Positions 49,490 to 62,896 of a stretch of 64,000 nt of DNA are shown here, piece after piece. The notes beneath the pieces are model-generated. The model searched no databases and was not told the DNA's origin. It saw nothing but the letters and a program-made list of their open reading frames with translations. The position numbers and the translations under genes were made by a program. How positions within the stretch are numbered: the stretch's first letter is position 1; every line of letters begins with the position of its first letter. The stretch is from Sumerlaeia bacterium (lineage in GTDB: Bacteria; Sumerlaeota; Sumerlaeia; SLMS01; JAHLLQ01), in contig JAVJSW010000027.1 of NCBI GenBank assembly GCA_040219255.1, positions 1 to 64,000 of the forward strand. The letters are read 5' to 3'.

Positions 49490-50554
49490 GTGAGCGACTA
49501 CCGCACATTTGACGTCACCGACCGCTGGCTCGACGAAGACCGTGCGGAAAGCTACGCGGTGCTGACCAGCCGGGCGCGGTTCGCGCGCAATCTGGAGGGC
49601 TTTCCCTTCGTGCCCCATTCCGGGCCCGACGTTCTCGAGCGGGTGGACGATTACGTTTCCGAACGCCTGCGTCAGTCGGACTATTTCGGAAGCTATGAGC
49701 GGATCGAATTGGCTCACCTGAGCGAAACGGACCGGGCTTACCTGAAGGAAAGCCGGCTGATTCCCAAGGAGATGGAGCGGGGCGCGCCGCATTCGACGGT
49801 GTTCCTGTCGCCCGACGGGATGGCTTCGATCCTGATCAACGAGGAAGACCACATCCGGGCGCAGATTCTGGCGCCGGGGCTCGATGTGGAGGGGGCGGTG
49901 TCGGCGCTCGGTGAGATCGACGACGAGCTGAGCAAGACAGTCGCCTACGCATGGTCCGAGAAGTTCGGTTACCTGACGGCCTGCCCGACGAATCTGGGAA
50001 CGGGCCTTCGAGCCAGTGCGATGCTGCACCTGCCGGGGCTGACGCTCTTGCAGGAGGTGGATCAAAGCCTGCGGGGTCTGACCCACTACGGGCTGACGGT
50101 GCGGGGATTCGAGGGCGAGAACAGCGATTTCCTGGGGGATTTCTTCCAGATCAGCAACGAGGCCACGCTGGGTAAATCGGTGGACGAAATCGTGGAAACG
50201 CTGGTGAGCGTGATCAAGCGGATCGTGGAACGGGAAGAGGAAGCGCGGGCGAATCTGTTCGCGCATCACGCCAGCGCGGCGGACGACGCGGTGTGGCGCA
50301 GCTACGCCGTGCTGCGGTACGCGCGCAAGATGGATACGAACGAAGCGCTGCGGCTTTTGAGCCGCCTGCGGCTGGGGATCGAAAGGGATTATTTCCAGAA
50401 CTTCACGCACAAGGATTTGAACCGGCTCGTCATCGAGGTGCAACCCGCGCATCTGGAACGAAAGAGGGACGAGTGGGAAAAAAATGCGACCCGGGACGAG
50501 GCTCGTGCACGACATTTGCGCAGCCGTATGCAAGGGATCGTATTGAGCGCCTAG
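49490..50554 (+). CDS. mcsB: Protein arginine kinase McsB
   Basis: SRARFARNL, INEEDHIR, GYLTACPTNLGTGLRAS.MLHLP, VRG..GE.S, QISN and QPAHL. Confidence 0.95.
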   Translation: MSDYRTFDVTDRWLDEDRAESYAVLTSRARFARNLEGFPFVPHSGPDVLERVDDYVSERLRQSDYFGSYERIELAHLSETDRAYLKESRLIPKEMERGAPHSTVFLSPDGMASILINEEDHIRAQILAPGLDVEGAVSALGEIDDELSKTVAYAWSEKFGYLTACPTNLGTGLRASAMLHLPGLTLLQEVDQSLRGLTHYGLTVRGFEGENSDFLGDFFQISNEATLGKSVDEIVETLVSVIKRIVEREEEARANLFAHHASAADDAVWRSYAVLRYARKMDTNEALRLLSRLRLGIERDYFQNFTHKDLNRLVIEVQPAHLERKRDEWEKNATRDEARARHLRSRMQGIVLSA

Positions 50555-50751
50555 CACTTAGGCGTAGCAAGCGGTCTAATGACCGAGGAATCGCGAAAGG
50601 GCAGCCTTGACGGTCTGGCCCCGGTAGCACCAAACTTTCGGAGGTGGACGGCGTCTGGCACGCCGATCGAACGGGCGGATCAATCGCCGGTTTGGCGCGT
50701 CGAAGTCCAAAGCTTTCCGATCACCAGTCAAGTCTCTGGAGGCTTTTTGCC

Positions 50752-53265
<2,514 letters not shown>

Positions 53266-53294
53266 GGGTTTTCTTCGAGCGAGACAGAGTTCCT

Positions 53295-53337
53295 CCGCCC
53301 CGGTCTGCGCCCCGCAGACCGGGGCGGTTTCCTTTTT
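53295..53337 (+). terminator. Rho-independent terminator of the mcsAB-clpC operon
   Basis: 15-bp perfect stem CCGCCCCGGTCTGCG-CCC-CGCAGACCGGGGCGG followed by TTTCCTTTTT. Confidence 0.85.
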
Positions 53338-53365
53338 GTGCCGAGCGCTTCGGATTCGGAGGCAT

Positions 53366-54487
53366 TCACGTCAGCGACGCCACCCCCTCCAGCGCCCCCC
53401 ATTCGCGGGCCCAGCTTCGGACGCTGGCTTCCCAGCCGCCGGAGCCATCGGGCAGGATTTGGACATAGGTCAGGGGTTGGCGCATGGCGGGGGGCTGGTG
53501 GTCGTTCTCGAGAATGGCGACGGGGCGCCAGGTTCCGGTGTTGAGGCGTTCGGGTCCGGCTCCGGCGCGGGCGCGGAGGGCGTGGTGCGTGTGCCCCGTG
53601 AGAAAAAACCGCAGGTGGCTGGGGAGCGGTTCCGTGGTGGCGCCGCGCAGGGGCGAGAGGGCTTGGCGGACGCCTCGGTTCATGGCGGCGATTTCGCGCC
53701 CGGCGAGAGCCTGCCAGTCGGCGGCGGCTTCTTCTTCGCGCCAGGGTTCGACGGCCCGGACGAGGCCGTGGTCGCCGCGCAGGGCCTGGCGGAGGCGCTC
53801 CCAGCCAAAGCGAAGCCCCTCGCCGCCCAGGGCGGCTTGGGCGAGGCGGATGGTGTCGGCGACGGTTTCGCCTTTGTCGATCCAGGGAAACTGGGGTTCG
53901 AAAGCGTTGACGAAGCGCCGGACGATGACGCGCCCCGCCGGATTGGCGGCGGGATTTTCGAGCGCCCGGACGCGATTGAACGGGTCCCAGCGATGGCCGT
54001 GCTCGGCGTAGAGGCCGAGGGCTTCGTCGGCGAGCCCATGGCGCCAGCCGCCGCCGTAGCGGGCGTTGACGGTGGGCAGGACTTCGCGCAGCAGCGCCCA
54101 GGCGCGCGGGTCCACCATGGGCTGGTCGTGGTTGCCCAGGACGTAATCGATCTGACCCCCGGCGGCGGACCACTGGCGCAGGCCGGCGACCCAGCGGGGA
54201 TGGGCTTCGAGGATGCGGTGGAGGGCGCCGGCGGGGCGTTCGCGGGGACGCTGGGCCTGCCACAGATCGAACACATCGCCGAGGAGCAGCAGCCTGGGCA
54301 CGAGCCCGCAGGCCCGGGCCTGCTCGGCTTTGACGGCCAGGAACCGGGCGAAGGCGCCATCGAGCCGGTCGCGCGCGGCGGCGCGGGCGATGCGGCCGCG
54401 TGGTCCCTCGGGACGCGGCCCCCACCACAGGAAATCTTCGAGCGACCCGCCGTCGCCCAGGTGCAAGTCGGAAACTACCAGCAGCAT
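53366..54487 (-). CDS. Calcineurin-like metallophosphoesterase
   Basis: SDLHLG, LGDVFD, GNHD, EHGH, GHTH and NTGTW. Confidence 0.88.
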   Translation of the reverse strand: MLLVVSDLHLGDGGSLEDFLWWGPRPEGPRGRIARAAARDRLDGAFARFLAVKAEQARACGLVPRLLLLGDVFDLWQAQRPRERPAGALHRILEAHPRWVAGLRQWSAAGGQIDYVLGNHDQPMVDPRAWALLREVLPTVNARYGGGWRHGLADEALGLYAEHGHRWDPFNRVRALENPAANPAGRVIVRRFVNAFEPQFPWIDKGETVADTIRLAQAALGGEGLRFGWERLRQALRGDHGLVRAVEPWREEEAAADWQALAGREIAAMNRGVRQALSPLRGATTEPLPSHLRFFLTGHTHHALRARAGAGPERLNTGTWRPVAILENDHQPPAMRQPLTYVQILPDGSGGWEASVRSWAREWGALEGVASLT

Positions 54488-54913
54488 GGTCTTTCAACCC
54501 CTTCGCGTGCGCCCTTGTGCGGGCGATTGAGATGGGGCGAGTGTGGCGCAGGCGCCGATTCCGTGCGCGTGACTAACTTCTGGGTTTCTTGTGGGTTTTA
54601 ACGGTGTGGGGGCGGTGCGGGAGTGGGGCCTGGATGTCGATGGCTGAGAGGAGAGGATTTAATTCATTCACCACCGAGCCACAGAGGGCACCGAGGTGGG
54701 GGGAATGGCTGCGACTTCGGCTGGGGGGGCATGAGTGGGAGTCCGAGGCTGTATGTCGGTCGAAGCGGGAAAGGTTTAAGTTCAATAATCTCTGTGTTCT
54801 CTGTGACTTTGTGGTGATTTCTCGAAGGTTCAGAGGGAGGCGTCGAAAATGTCGCTTCGCTGGCGGGACACCTGAAGAGGGACCTGCTCGTCGCGAGAGA
54901 GCGAAATGGCTGC

Positions 54914-55234
54914 TTACGCCTGGGACTCTTTTCGTTTCACGGATTCCATAACACTTCGCAGCGCCGCGTTGATTCGGGACTGATAGCCAGGTCCGCCCGA
55001 CTTGAAGAACTCGATGACCTCCGCATCGAGTCGAATGGACACGGCTTGCTTGCGGGCTTTCGCGCTATTGAGCTTCGCCATCAACTCCTCGGCGCTCATG
55101 ATGGGCGCGGCGTCTGGATCTTCTGCGACGGCCTTGGCGATTTGCTCGTCCGTCATGGCTTCCAGCCGCGCGTAGTCGGTGCGGTCCTCAAGAGGTGAAT
55201 CGGGCGATGTGACGTTCTCAGCTTGGTCTCTCAT
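54914..55234 (-). CDS. BrnA family antitoxin (orphan)
   Basis: TDYARLEAMTDEQI...DPDAAP and KQAVSIRLDAEVIEFFKSGGPGYQSRINAALR. Confidence 0.88.
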   Translation of the reverse strand: MRDQAENVTSPDSPLEDRTDYARLEAMTDEQIAKAVAEDPDAAPIMSAEELMAKLNSAKARKQAVSIRLDAEVIEFFKSGGPGYQSRINAALRSVMESVKRKESQA

Positions 55235-55347
55235 GATTGTCAGCTCATGGGACTGCTTCAATTTCGAATCGTTGCCTATGTTCCAACGTTCGATCCTGCG
55301 ACAAGGCAGGCGAAGAAATCGCAGATTTTCTTTCGGCTGTAAAGCCC

Positions 55348-57012
55348 CTAATACTCCACCGTCGCCCGGGGCTGGGGCGGTTCGGGGCGGGGGGCTTCGT
55401 CGAAGACGTCGCGGCGCAGGAAGACGTGGAGGAAGTAGCCGTCGTTGGGGAAGTCTTTGTGGGTCCAGGTGCCTTTGAGGGCGTAGCGCTCGTGGAAGAG
55501 GGGCGAGTCGTAGAAGTCGCGGTCGACGCGCCAGTTGATGGCGAGGCCCCAGCCCGGGACTTCGCGGCGGAGGGAGACGAGGACGATGGCTTCGGGGCGC
55601 ATGTCGAGGACGACGTCTTCGACGGGGTAGCGGGCGTCGAGGCCTTGCTTGTGGATGACGCGGGCCCATTCGGGGTCGGCGAGGCCTGCCATGTCGATGA
55701 TGGTCATTGAGGGGTTGTGATAGCCGAGGAGGCCGATGTCGGTGATGACGAAGGTGAGGGGTTCTTCGCGTTCGAGGGACCATTGGCGGGCCCAGAGGGC
55801 CATGGCTTCGTGGCCGTCTTCCCATCCGAAGTGGCGGGTGTAGCCTTCGAGGAAGGTGTGGGTCATCTGGGGCCGCATGGAGAGGAGGAACAAGCCGCCG
55901 AGCGCGAGCGGGGCGAGGAGGGAGAGGGCGTAGCGGGCGCGGCCGGGGAGGTAGGCGAGGGCGCGGGCGACGGTGAATCCGGCGGCGACGGCGACGACTC
56001 CCGCGATGGGGGCGATGAGGCGCAGGCCCGGCATCCAGTCGCCGCCTTCCCAGGCGACGACGGCGAGGTGGCCGGCGGCTCCGAGGAGGAGGACGAGGAG
56101 GACGGGGCGGGCTTCTCGGGCGATGAGGAGGCCAGCGGCGCCGACGGCGAGCAGCAGGGCGCCCTGGAAGCGGAAGAAGTAGTCGCGCAGGTAGCCCCAG
56201 CCGCTGGCGACGCGGCCGCCGGTGTCGCCGACGACCTTGGCGAAGTAGGTGTTGGGAACCGGGACGCCATAAATGGCGAGGCGAAAGGCGAGCAGCGCCG
56301 CGAACATGGCGAAGCCGATGGCGGCGGCGAGCAGGAGCGGGCGCCGGGGAAGGCGTTTCCATTGGGCGATGGCGAGGCCGCAGAGGGTCAGGCCGAGGAG
56401 CCAGGCGAGGCCTTCGGGGCGGGTCCAGGTGGCGAGGCCGAGGGCAAGGCCGGCGGCGATCCACTCAAGGCGGGGGGCGGGGGCCTCGCGCGGCAGAATC
56501 AGGCGGGTCACGAGCCAACTGGCGGCGGTGAGAAAGAAAGCGAAGAGGGTGGTTTCGAGGCCGGAAATGGCTCCCACCAGGAGCATGGGCGACTGCGACA
56601 GGATCAGGGGGGCGAAGAACCAGCGGGCGGGGCTGAGGGTGGCGCGGAGGTCGCCAGGTTCGCTGTGGCGCAGGAGATCGCGGGTGAAGAGGACCGTGAT
56701 GGCGAGGGTGCCGAAGGCGGCGAGGGAGCCGAGGATTTTCGTGGCCAGCAGGGCGTTGCCGCCCAGCGCGTAGATGGCGGTTTGAAAGAGAAAGAGGCTG
56801 AAGTTGGTGAAGCCTTCCACGCGGGGGCCGCCGATGTTATAGACGAAGCCGTGGCCCTCGGCGACGTTGCGCGCGTGGCGCAGCGTGATGTAGGCGTCAT
56901 CCATCGTGATGGGCCAGATTGCCTTGAGCAGGGGAGCCATCATCGCAAGACAGAGGAGCGAGCAGCCGATGACGGTGAGTTTGCGAAGGGAGCGGCGGTC
57001 GGGCATTTTCAT
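55348..57012 (-). CDS. Polytopic membrane glycosyltransferase (GT-C, AftB/ArnT-like)
   Basis: DDAYITLRHARN..EG.G.VYN...VEGFTN, SGLET, TRPEG, PNTYFAK, GGDWM...R and IDMAGLAD; many TM segments. Confidence 0.8.
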   Translation of the reverse strand: MKMPDRRSLRKLTVIGCSLLCLAMMAPLLKAIWPITMDDAYITLRHARNVAEGHGFVYNIGGPRVEGFTNFSLFLFQTAIYALGGNALLATKILGSLAAFGTLAITVLFTRDLLRHSEPGDLRATLSPARWFFAPLILSQSPMLLVGAISGLETTLFAFFLTAASWLVTRLILPREAPAPRLEWIAAGLALGLATWTRPEGLAWLLGLTLCGLAIAQWKRLPRRPLLLAAAIGFAMFAALLAFRLAIYGVPVPNTYFAKVVGDTGGRVASGWGYLRDYFFRFQGALLLAVGAAGLLIAREARPVLLVLLLGAAGHLAVVAWEGGDWMPGLRLIAPIAGVVAVAAGFTVARALAYLPGRARYALSLLAPLALGGLFLLSMRPQMTHTFLEGYTRHFGWEDGHEAMALWARQWSLEREEPLTFVITDIGLLGYHNPSMTIIDMAGLADPEWARVIHKQGLDARYPVEDVVLDMRPEAIVLVSLRREVPGWGLAINWRVDRDFYDSPLFHERYALKGTWTHKDFPNDGYFLHVFLRRDVFDEAPRPEPPQPRATVEY

Positions 57013-57467
57013 GGGAGAAAGGGGGCAGCGTGAAGAGGCAATCGGTTGAGTCGTCGTCCCGAAAGGGCCCGGCAGGCTAGCACCGGCGGCCCGCGGACGC
57101 GCAAGCGGGAGTCCGAGACGAAGGCGGGACGGCGGGAGCCTTCAACCACAAAGGGCCCAGAGGACAGATTTTTTCCAGAGCTTGCCGAACCGGGTGGAAG
57201 GGAAAATCCCGAATGGAACGGCGGGCTCCGGATGGTGTCACGATTTCCCCGCCCGCGCACGGCCTCTGGCCCGCCCTAACAGCCCGCCGATACAGACCGC
57301 CGTGCGGTGCCGGCTCGGCGCCCTCCGCGGCCAAGGTTCTCCGCGCGGTCGTCAATGGGCGAATAATTAGCGAAACTTTCCCCTTGATTCGCCGCCCCGT
57401 TTCCCGCAAGCTCTCACCCAAGCCCCACGTTCCAAGCCCCCTCCCCTCCGACTCGAGGACTCCGCCC

Positions 57468-58514
57468 ATGGCCTCACCGAACCACAACCTCGATCCCCGG
57501 CCCTCCTCGCCGCAGGAGGGCGACGTCGACCGTGCCCTGCGGCCCACCGGCCTGGGGGAATTCGTCGGCCAGAGCCAGGCGGTGGAGAACCTGCAGATCT
57601 TCATCACGGCGGCCCGCCAGCGCGGCGAAGCCCTCGACCACGTTCTGCTCTACGGCCCGCCGGGCCTGGGCAAAACGACTCTGGCGCACATCATCGCGAC
57701 GGAGATGGGCTCGCAACTGCACAGCACGAGCGGCCCGATCATCGAACGCAAGGACGACTTGGCGGCGATCCTGACGGACCTCAAGCCCCACGACATTCTC
57801 TTTATCGATGAAATCCACCGTCTCAATCGCACGGTGGAGGAATGCCTCTATCCCGCCATGGAGGATGGCCAGATCGACATCATGATCGGCGAAGGGGCCC
57901 ACGCCAAGAGCATCAAGCTCGACGTCGCGCCCTTCACTCTGGTCGGCGCCACCACGCGCGCGGGTATGTTGACGGCGCCGCTGCGCGCGCGGTTCGGCAT
58001 CACGCAGCGCCTGCAATTCTACAGCGACGAGGAAATGGCCAAGATTATCACCCGCAGCGCCCGCCTCCTGGCCTGCTCCATCACGACCGAGGCCATCGGC
58101 CTCATCGCCCGCCGCAGCCGGGGCACCCCGCGCATCGCCAACCGGCTGTTGCGCCGCGTGCGCGACATCGCCCAGGTCCGCCACGACAACCACATCGATA
58201 TCGGCGTCGCTGAAGACGCCCTGCGCCTTCTCGACGTCGATCAGCGGGGCCTCGATACGCAGGACCGCGCTTTTCTTTCCTCGCTCATCGACCGCTTTGG
58301 CGGCGGTCCGGTGGGGCTGAACACGTTGGCGGTGTCGCTGAGCGAAGACGAGGACACGCTTCTCGACGTGGTCGAGCCGTACCTGATCCAGATCGGCTTC
58401 CTGGCCCGCACCCCGCGCGGCCGCGTCGCCACCCGCGCGGGCTACGAGCACCTCGGCCTGAAAGCACCCCTCGACCTGGAGAGCGAACCTCTGGACATTT
58501 TCACGGCGGAGTAG
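57468..58514 (+). CDS. ruvB: Holliday junction branch migration helicase RuvB
   Basis: [47 protein letters not shown] and RTPRGR. Confidence 0.97.
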   Translation: MASPNHNLDPRPSSPQEGDVDRALRPTGLGEFVGQSQAVENLQIFITAARQRGEALDHVLLYGPPGLGKTTLAHIIATEMGSQLHSTSGPIIERKDDLAAILTDLKPHDILFIDEIHRLNRTVEECLYPAMEDGQIDIMIGEGAHAKSIKLDVAPFTLVGATTRAGMLTAPLRARFGITQRLQFYSDEEMAKIITRSARLLACSITTEAIGLIARRSRGTPRIANRLLRRVRDIAQVRHDNHIDIGVAEDALRLLDVDQRGLDTQDRAFLSSLIDRFGGGPVGLNTLAVSLSEDEDTLLDVVEPYLIQIGFLARTPRGRVATRAGYEHLGLKAPLDLESEPLDIFTAE

Positions 58515-58519
58515 GGGGA

Positions 58520-58574
58520 CACAGACAGGAGAGTTTGTGCTACATGTAAGGTAGCACGGGCGTCCCGCCCGTGA
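58520..58574. repeat. Back-to-back REP-like palindromes
   Basis: CACAGACAGGAGAGTTTGTGCTAC (reverse copy) followed by GTAGCACGGGCGTCCCGCCCGTGA. Confidence 0.8.
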
Positions 58575-58698
58575 CCTGCGGCGATTTCTGGCAGAGACAA
58601 AACCGTTGTCCCCGCGCCCTCTACCAAAGACCAGCGTTCCGCCCGTGGCGGCGGGAGGGGCGGGGCGGATAGAGTCGACAGAGACGGCTACGCGCAAG

Positions 58699-58733
58699 CG
58701 CCCCCGCTCTCCCGGTGTCAGAGAGCGGGGGCG
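58699..58733. terminator. Hairpin between convergent ruvB and SRPBCC genes
   Basis: 13-bp stem CGCCCCCGCTCTC...GAGAGCGGGGGCG; no clear U-tract. Confidence 0.55.
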
Positions 58734-58764
58734 TAGAGAAAACAGGCGCGGCACTTTCAACCCG

Positions 58765-59562
58765 TCAGGGGACTTCGGTGACCGCGTGTTCTCCCGTCTC
58801 CATCAGGGTTTTGAATTCTCTCAGGGCGTCTTCCATTTGCTGGCGCGGCTCCTCGCCGAAGAGCTTGGCCACGCCGGCGCCGATCTTGCCGGCGGGCGGT
58901 TCATAGCGCATGCGAACGGTGACTTCGGTGCGGCCGTCGCCGAGTTCGTGAAAGCGCACGGAGCCTTCGTTCTCCACGTGCGATCCCTCGACGCTCTCCC
59001 AGGAGATCAGCTCGTTCTCGCGGTCGTCCACGATTTCCGCGTCCCATTCGACGCTGATGCCCGCCGGGCCGCGGGCCACCCAATGGCTGCGCCACGCGTC
59101 GAGCGTCCGCACATCTTTGAGGTGCTTCATGAACTGGGGCAGATTTTCCAGGTTCCGCCAGAAATGGTACAGCTCATAGGCGGGGCGGTCGATGGTCAGC
59201 GTCTTGCGCACGCGAATGGTCTCGCGCATCATGGCGCGCACCTTGTCTTCGAGGGCGTCCGTCGCCCCGGCGGTGTTGATGCCTTGGCGCTCGTAGAGGT
59301 CGCAGTGGCCCGTCAGGCCGCGCTTGAGCAAGACGCCGCCGGCTGCCGCCACGGCGAGCCAGCCCCAGGACAGGCGCCGGATTCCGTAGAGGGCGAGGGC
59401 TCCGCCGATGGCGGCGGAGGCGGCCCGTTCGGACTCGCTGACATTTTGCCGCGCCCGGGGGCTTCTTGCACGGCTTTCCTCGGGCAAATCGGGCCGTTCG
59501 GCCCGGGGGCGGCCGGTTTCCCGCGGCATTCCGGTATTCAGTTCCTGACTCGCAACAGACAT
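58765..59562 (-). CDS. SRPBCC/cyclase family protein with DUF2892 N-terminus
   Basis: NVSESERAAS, RGLTGHC.LY...G.NT, FWRNLENLPQFMKHL and SHW...P....VEWDAEI. Confidence 0.9.
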   Translation of the reverse strand: MSVASQELNTGMPRETGRPRAERPDLPEESRARSPRARQNVSESERAASAAIGGALALYGIRRLSWGWLAVAAAGGVLLKRGLTGHCDLYERQGINTAGATDALEDKVRAMMRETIRVRKTLTIDRPAYELYHFWRNLENLPQFMKHLKDVRTLDAWRSHWVARGPAGISVEWDAEIVDDRENELISWESVEGSHVENEGSVRFHELGDGRTEVTVRMRYEPPAGKIGAGVAKLFGEEPRQQMEDALREFKTLMETGEHAVTEVP

Positions 59563-59706
59563 ATTGGTTCCTCTTTGGCAGAATTCTTACAGACCACGTC
59601 GAACCGCGGCGCCAAAGAGTAAAGCATCGGCTATGCCACCGGGCTTTCGGCACTCATGAATCGTTGTCATTAGAGAAGATATAAACGCGGATTGGCCGTG
59701 CCGCGG

Positions 59707-60960
59707 TCAAATCCCGCCGGGGATCCCGCCCGCCAGTTTCAGCGCCATCCGCAGTTCGATTTCGATGCGGTCGACGCCCTTGCTCCAGGTGTGCTCGCGG
59801 GCCATCAGCACCCGCTTTTCTTCCAGCAGGGCGTGTTTGTCGGCCATGGCGACGCTGACCGCCGAGAGGAATTCCATGGGCGAATCGGCGGTGCGGATGG
59901 CGCCTTCGTACACCGATTCGCGCACCGTGCGGGCCACTTCGGAGATGTTGGTGCTGACGATCGGCCGGCCCGAGGCCAGGTATTCGTTCAGCTTTTCGGG
60001 GTACATGGCGTTGGTGAAATCGTTGCGCTTGTGCGGAATCAGGAGCACGTCCGCTTCGCGGTAAAGCGCCGGATAGCAATGGTGCGGCACATCGCCGAGG
60101 AAATGCACCCGGGGATTCTGCGCCACTTCGCGGTCGAAGACGGCGTCGAAGGAGGGGTCCTTCTTGCCCAGGAAAACCAGGTCGCCCACGGGCAGGTACT
60201 CGATCAAGGCCCGCAGGATGTCGGGGTCCAGCCGATGATCGACGACGCCGCCGTAAACGAATCGGGGACCCGGGATCGCCTTGATCCGGTCGAGGTAGTT
60301 CTTCGTCTGCGGGTCGATGGGATAGGGGCGGCTGGGTTCGTACAGGTAATAGTCGGGAACGCAATTTTCCAGGAGGAATGGCCTGGGCGAGATGTCTTCG
60401 CGGCGGTCGAATTGGGGCTGGGATGAGCAGAACGCCACGGCGCAGGACCGCAGCAGTTCACGCTCCCACGCCCACAGGAGGGACTTCTGCAATTCGTTGA
60501 AGGCGGGACTGACGGCAAGTTCGTCGTACACGTGGCAGACGGAGACGACGTCTTTCGGCAGGTGCTCGAGGATTGCCATATGCCACGGCGCGCCGAACCA
60601 GTAAACCTGTGGCTTCCACTTCAGCGAATTGGCCGCCCGCAGGCCGCGCTTGGCCAGTTCGCGCCCCGCCAGGCCGCGCAGATTTTCCCCCAGGCCCCTG
60701 CTCTTGACCATCCGCACGCCAAAGGGCGTGACGCGCGCGGGGGTCACGACCTGGAAGGGGCGGTCCGGCGCGGTCCAGGTGCTGCCGAGGGCGTGGAATC
60801 GGACGGGCGGTTCGACATAAACCACGGGCCATCCGCGCCCCGCCAGATTCCACAGGTGATAGCGGGTTGAGCCGTACACCTCGGGCCACCGCCACGTTCC
60901 CGCCGCGAAAGCGAGAATGGCCGGGTTGGTGGCGGGTTGGGAATTCTGGTCGCTGCTCAT
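59707..60960 (-). CDS. GT-B (GT4/TuaH-like) glycosyltransferase
   Basis: VVYVEPP, VYDE, YGGVVDHRLD, NPRVHFLG and PEKLNEYLASGRPIVST. Confidence 0.88.
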   Translation of the reverse strand: MSSDQNSQPATNPAILAFAAGTWRWPEVYGSTRYHLWNLAGRGWPVVYVEPPVRFHALGSTWTAPDRPFQVVTPARVTPFGVRMVKSRGLGENLRGLAGRELAKRGLRAANSLKWKPQVYWFGAPWHMAILEHLPKDVVSVCHVYDELAVSPAFNELQKSLLWAWERELLRSCAVAFCSSQPQFDRREDISPRPFLLENCVPDYYLYEPSRPYPIDPQTKNYLDRIKAIPGPRFVYGGVVDHRLDPDILRALIEYLPVGDLVFLGKKDPSFDAVFDREVAQNPRVHFLGDVPHHCYPALYREADVLLIPHKRNDFTNAMYPEKLNEYLASGRPIVSTNISEVARTVRESVYEGAIRTADSPMEFLSAVSVAMADKHALLEEKRVLMAREHTWSKGVDRIEIELRMALKLAGGIPGGI

Positions 60961-61045
60961 GGAAATCTTGCTCGTTTGGGTCGAACGCCCGCTCCGTGAT
61001 GGAGGCATTTGACAGGTCAGAGATGGCTGGGCGTCAACCCTCGGC

Positions 61046-62632
61046 TCACTCCGCGGCGCCGCTTTCGCGTTCGCCGCTCCGGCGCCAGCCCACTGTCAGG
61101 TTCGCTGTCAGGTGCCGCCACTCGGGACGAAGCAACGGCCACCAGGCAGCCGCGCAGATCAGCAGAAACACCGCCGCCGCACAAGCCAAACAACCGGCCC
61201 ACAGGACGGGCCGATCGCTTTCCAGCCAGGGAGTCAAAACCCCCCGCAATGGCCAGAACGCTCCCCCCAGAAGGGCGCCGAAGGCAAAAGTTCTCGCACC
61301 GGTGCGCAGCAAATCCCGGTCGCGCAGCAGCGCCGGCGCCACCAGCGCCGCCAGGACCAGCACCTTCACGAACGCCACCAGCGAGGTCGCCACCGCGATG
61401 CCCAGCAGGCCCGCCACTCGCACCAGCGCGGCGTCCGCCACGGCGTTCAGCACCACCAGCCCCACAATCAGCACGACGACCGCCCAGGCCTTCTTCCTGG
61501 CCAGCGCCGCGTTCACCAGCAGCGGCGCGATCGTCAGCGCCGGAATCGCCACCCCGTAGCCCCGCAGCGCCGTTGCCGAAAGCTCCACCGCCTCCACCCC
61601 GAACGCCCCTCGTGCCAGCAAGAGGCCGATGATGGGCTCGGCGAAGAACCCCAGCCCGATCGCGAGCGGCACCCCGACCAGGAGCAGGACCCGCACGCCC
61701 AGCAGCAGTTCGCGCGCGAAGCCCGCTTCGTCGCCCGCCGCCACGGCCCGGCTCAGCCGCGTGAACAGCGGCGCCGCCAGCGCCGTCCCCACCAGCCCCA
61801 CCGGCAAGTTCAACAGCTTGTCGGCATAGCTCAGCGCGGCGATGGCGCCCTCCGGCAGGCTGGAAGCGAAGGCTCGGTCGACCGCCAGGTTCGCTCCCGT
61901 GGCCACGCCAATGACCGCCGCCGGGGCGAAGACCGCTTGGACGGTGCGCCAGGAATCGGCGCCGCCCGTTCGCGAAATCGCGCCCGCGATGGCGCGGACG
62001 AAGGGCCACTGCCAGGCCACCTGCACCCATTCCGCCAGCAGCACCGCCATCGCCAACGCCAGTGCGCCGAACCTGGGTGCGAGCAGAAGCAACCCTCCGC
62101 ACACAATCAGGTTGTAGACCGCTGGATTCAGCGCCGCCGCCGCATGCCGGCCCTGCGCGTTCAGAAGCCCCACGGTGAAGCCGCCCAGTGCCCCGCCCAG
62201 GAGCGTCAGCGCCGCCATGATCGCTGACAACTCGACCAAGCGCCCCGGCAGGGGGTCGTCGCCCAGCATCAAGTACCGCACCCACATGGGCGCGCTCGCC
62301 GCCAGCAGCACCGAAGGCGCCGCCAGCCACAGCATCAGCCGCACCGTTCCGTGCCTCAGCAACCCGCCGAGCCGCTCGCCCGCGAGCGCCGAGCCCGCCG
62401 GAACGGCCGCCCTCGCCAGCCCCCCGCCGAGTCCCACCGTCAGCGCCATCGGCACCGCCAGCCCCAAATAGACCGCGTCCAGATCGGCTCCCACGCCGAA
62501 TTGCTGGGCGATCAGGATTTCCCGCGCCAACCCCACCACCCGCGACAACAGCCCAGCCAGCAACACGCCGCTGGCGGCGCGGCGCAGGCTGGGCAAGGCG
62601 GGGAGCGAAGAGGAAGCGGCCATGGCCATCAC
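61046..62632 (-). CDS. murJ: MurJ/MviN-type lipid II flippase
   Basis: SRVVGLAREILIAQQFG, DRAFASSL..GAIAALSYADKL..LPVG and RGAF; about 14 TM segments. Confidence 0.85.
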   Translation of the reverse strand: MMAMAASSSLPALPSLRRAASGVLLAGLLSRVVGLAREILIAQQFGVGADLDAVYLGLAVPMALTVGLGGGLARAAVPAGSALAGERLGGLLRHGTVRLMLWLAAPSVLLAASAPMWVRYLMLGDDPLPGRLVELSAIMAALTLLGGALGGFTVGLLNAQGRHAAAALNPAVYNLIVCGGLLLLAPRFGALALAMAVLLAEWVQVAWQWPFVRAIAGAISRTGGADSWRTVQAVFAPAAVIGVATGANLAVDRAFASSLPEGAIAALSYADKLLNLPVGLVGTALAAPLFTRLSRAVAAGDEAGFARELLLGVRVLLLVGVPLAIGLGFFAEPIIGLLLARGAFGVEAVELSATALRGYGVAIPALTIAPLLVNAALARKKAWAVVVLIVGLVVLNAVADAALVRVAGLLGIAVATSLVAFVKVLVLAALVAPALLRDRDLLRTGARTFAFGALLGGAFWPLRGVLTPWLESDRPVLWAGCLACAAAVFLLICAAAWWPLLRPEWRHLTANLTVGWRRSGERESGAAE

Positions 62633-62896
62633 CGTCTGGGGCGCCCCCTCAGGCGCAAGGCCACAGTTGCTTCCCAGTCCACTCAGAGCGGCGCCCCTTG
62701 AGGGGGCCAGAGGATGGAGTGTTCATGGAGATCGACCGCAGACTTCCCCAGCCTTCCCAAAGCAGATCGTCTCACCCCTTTCCGCGGAACGCCTTACGCA
62801 TGTTGCGGGTCGGTGCGCCGGATGGGCCCTGAAGCTTCGAACGGAAGTCCAATGATACCAAGTATCTCTGTGTCTCTTGTGGACGCTGAGGCGATT

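Noticed and set aside
50551-50577. CIRCE-like element upstream of clpC (CTAGCACTT-N9-AAGCGGTCT)
   Set aside because: The left arm matches 7/9 but the right arm only 4/9 of the consensus, which is too weak to call.
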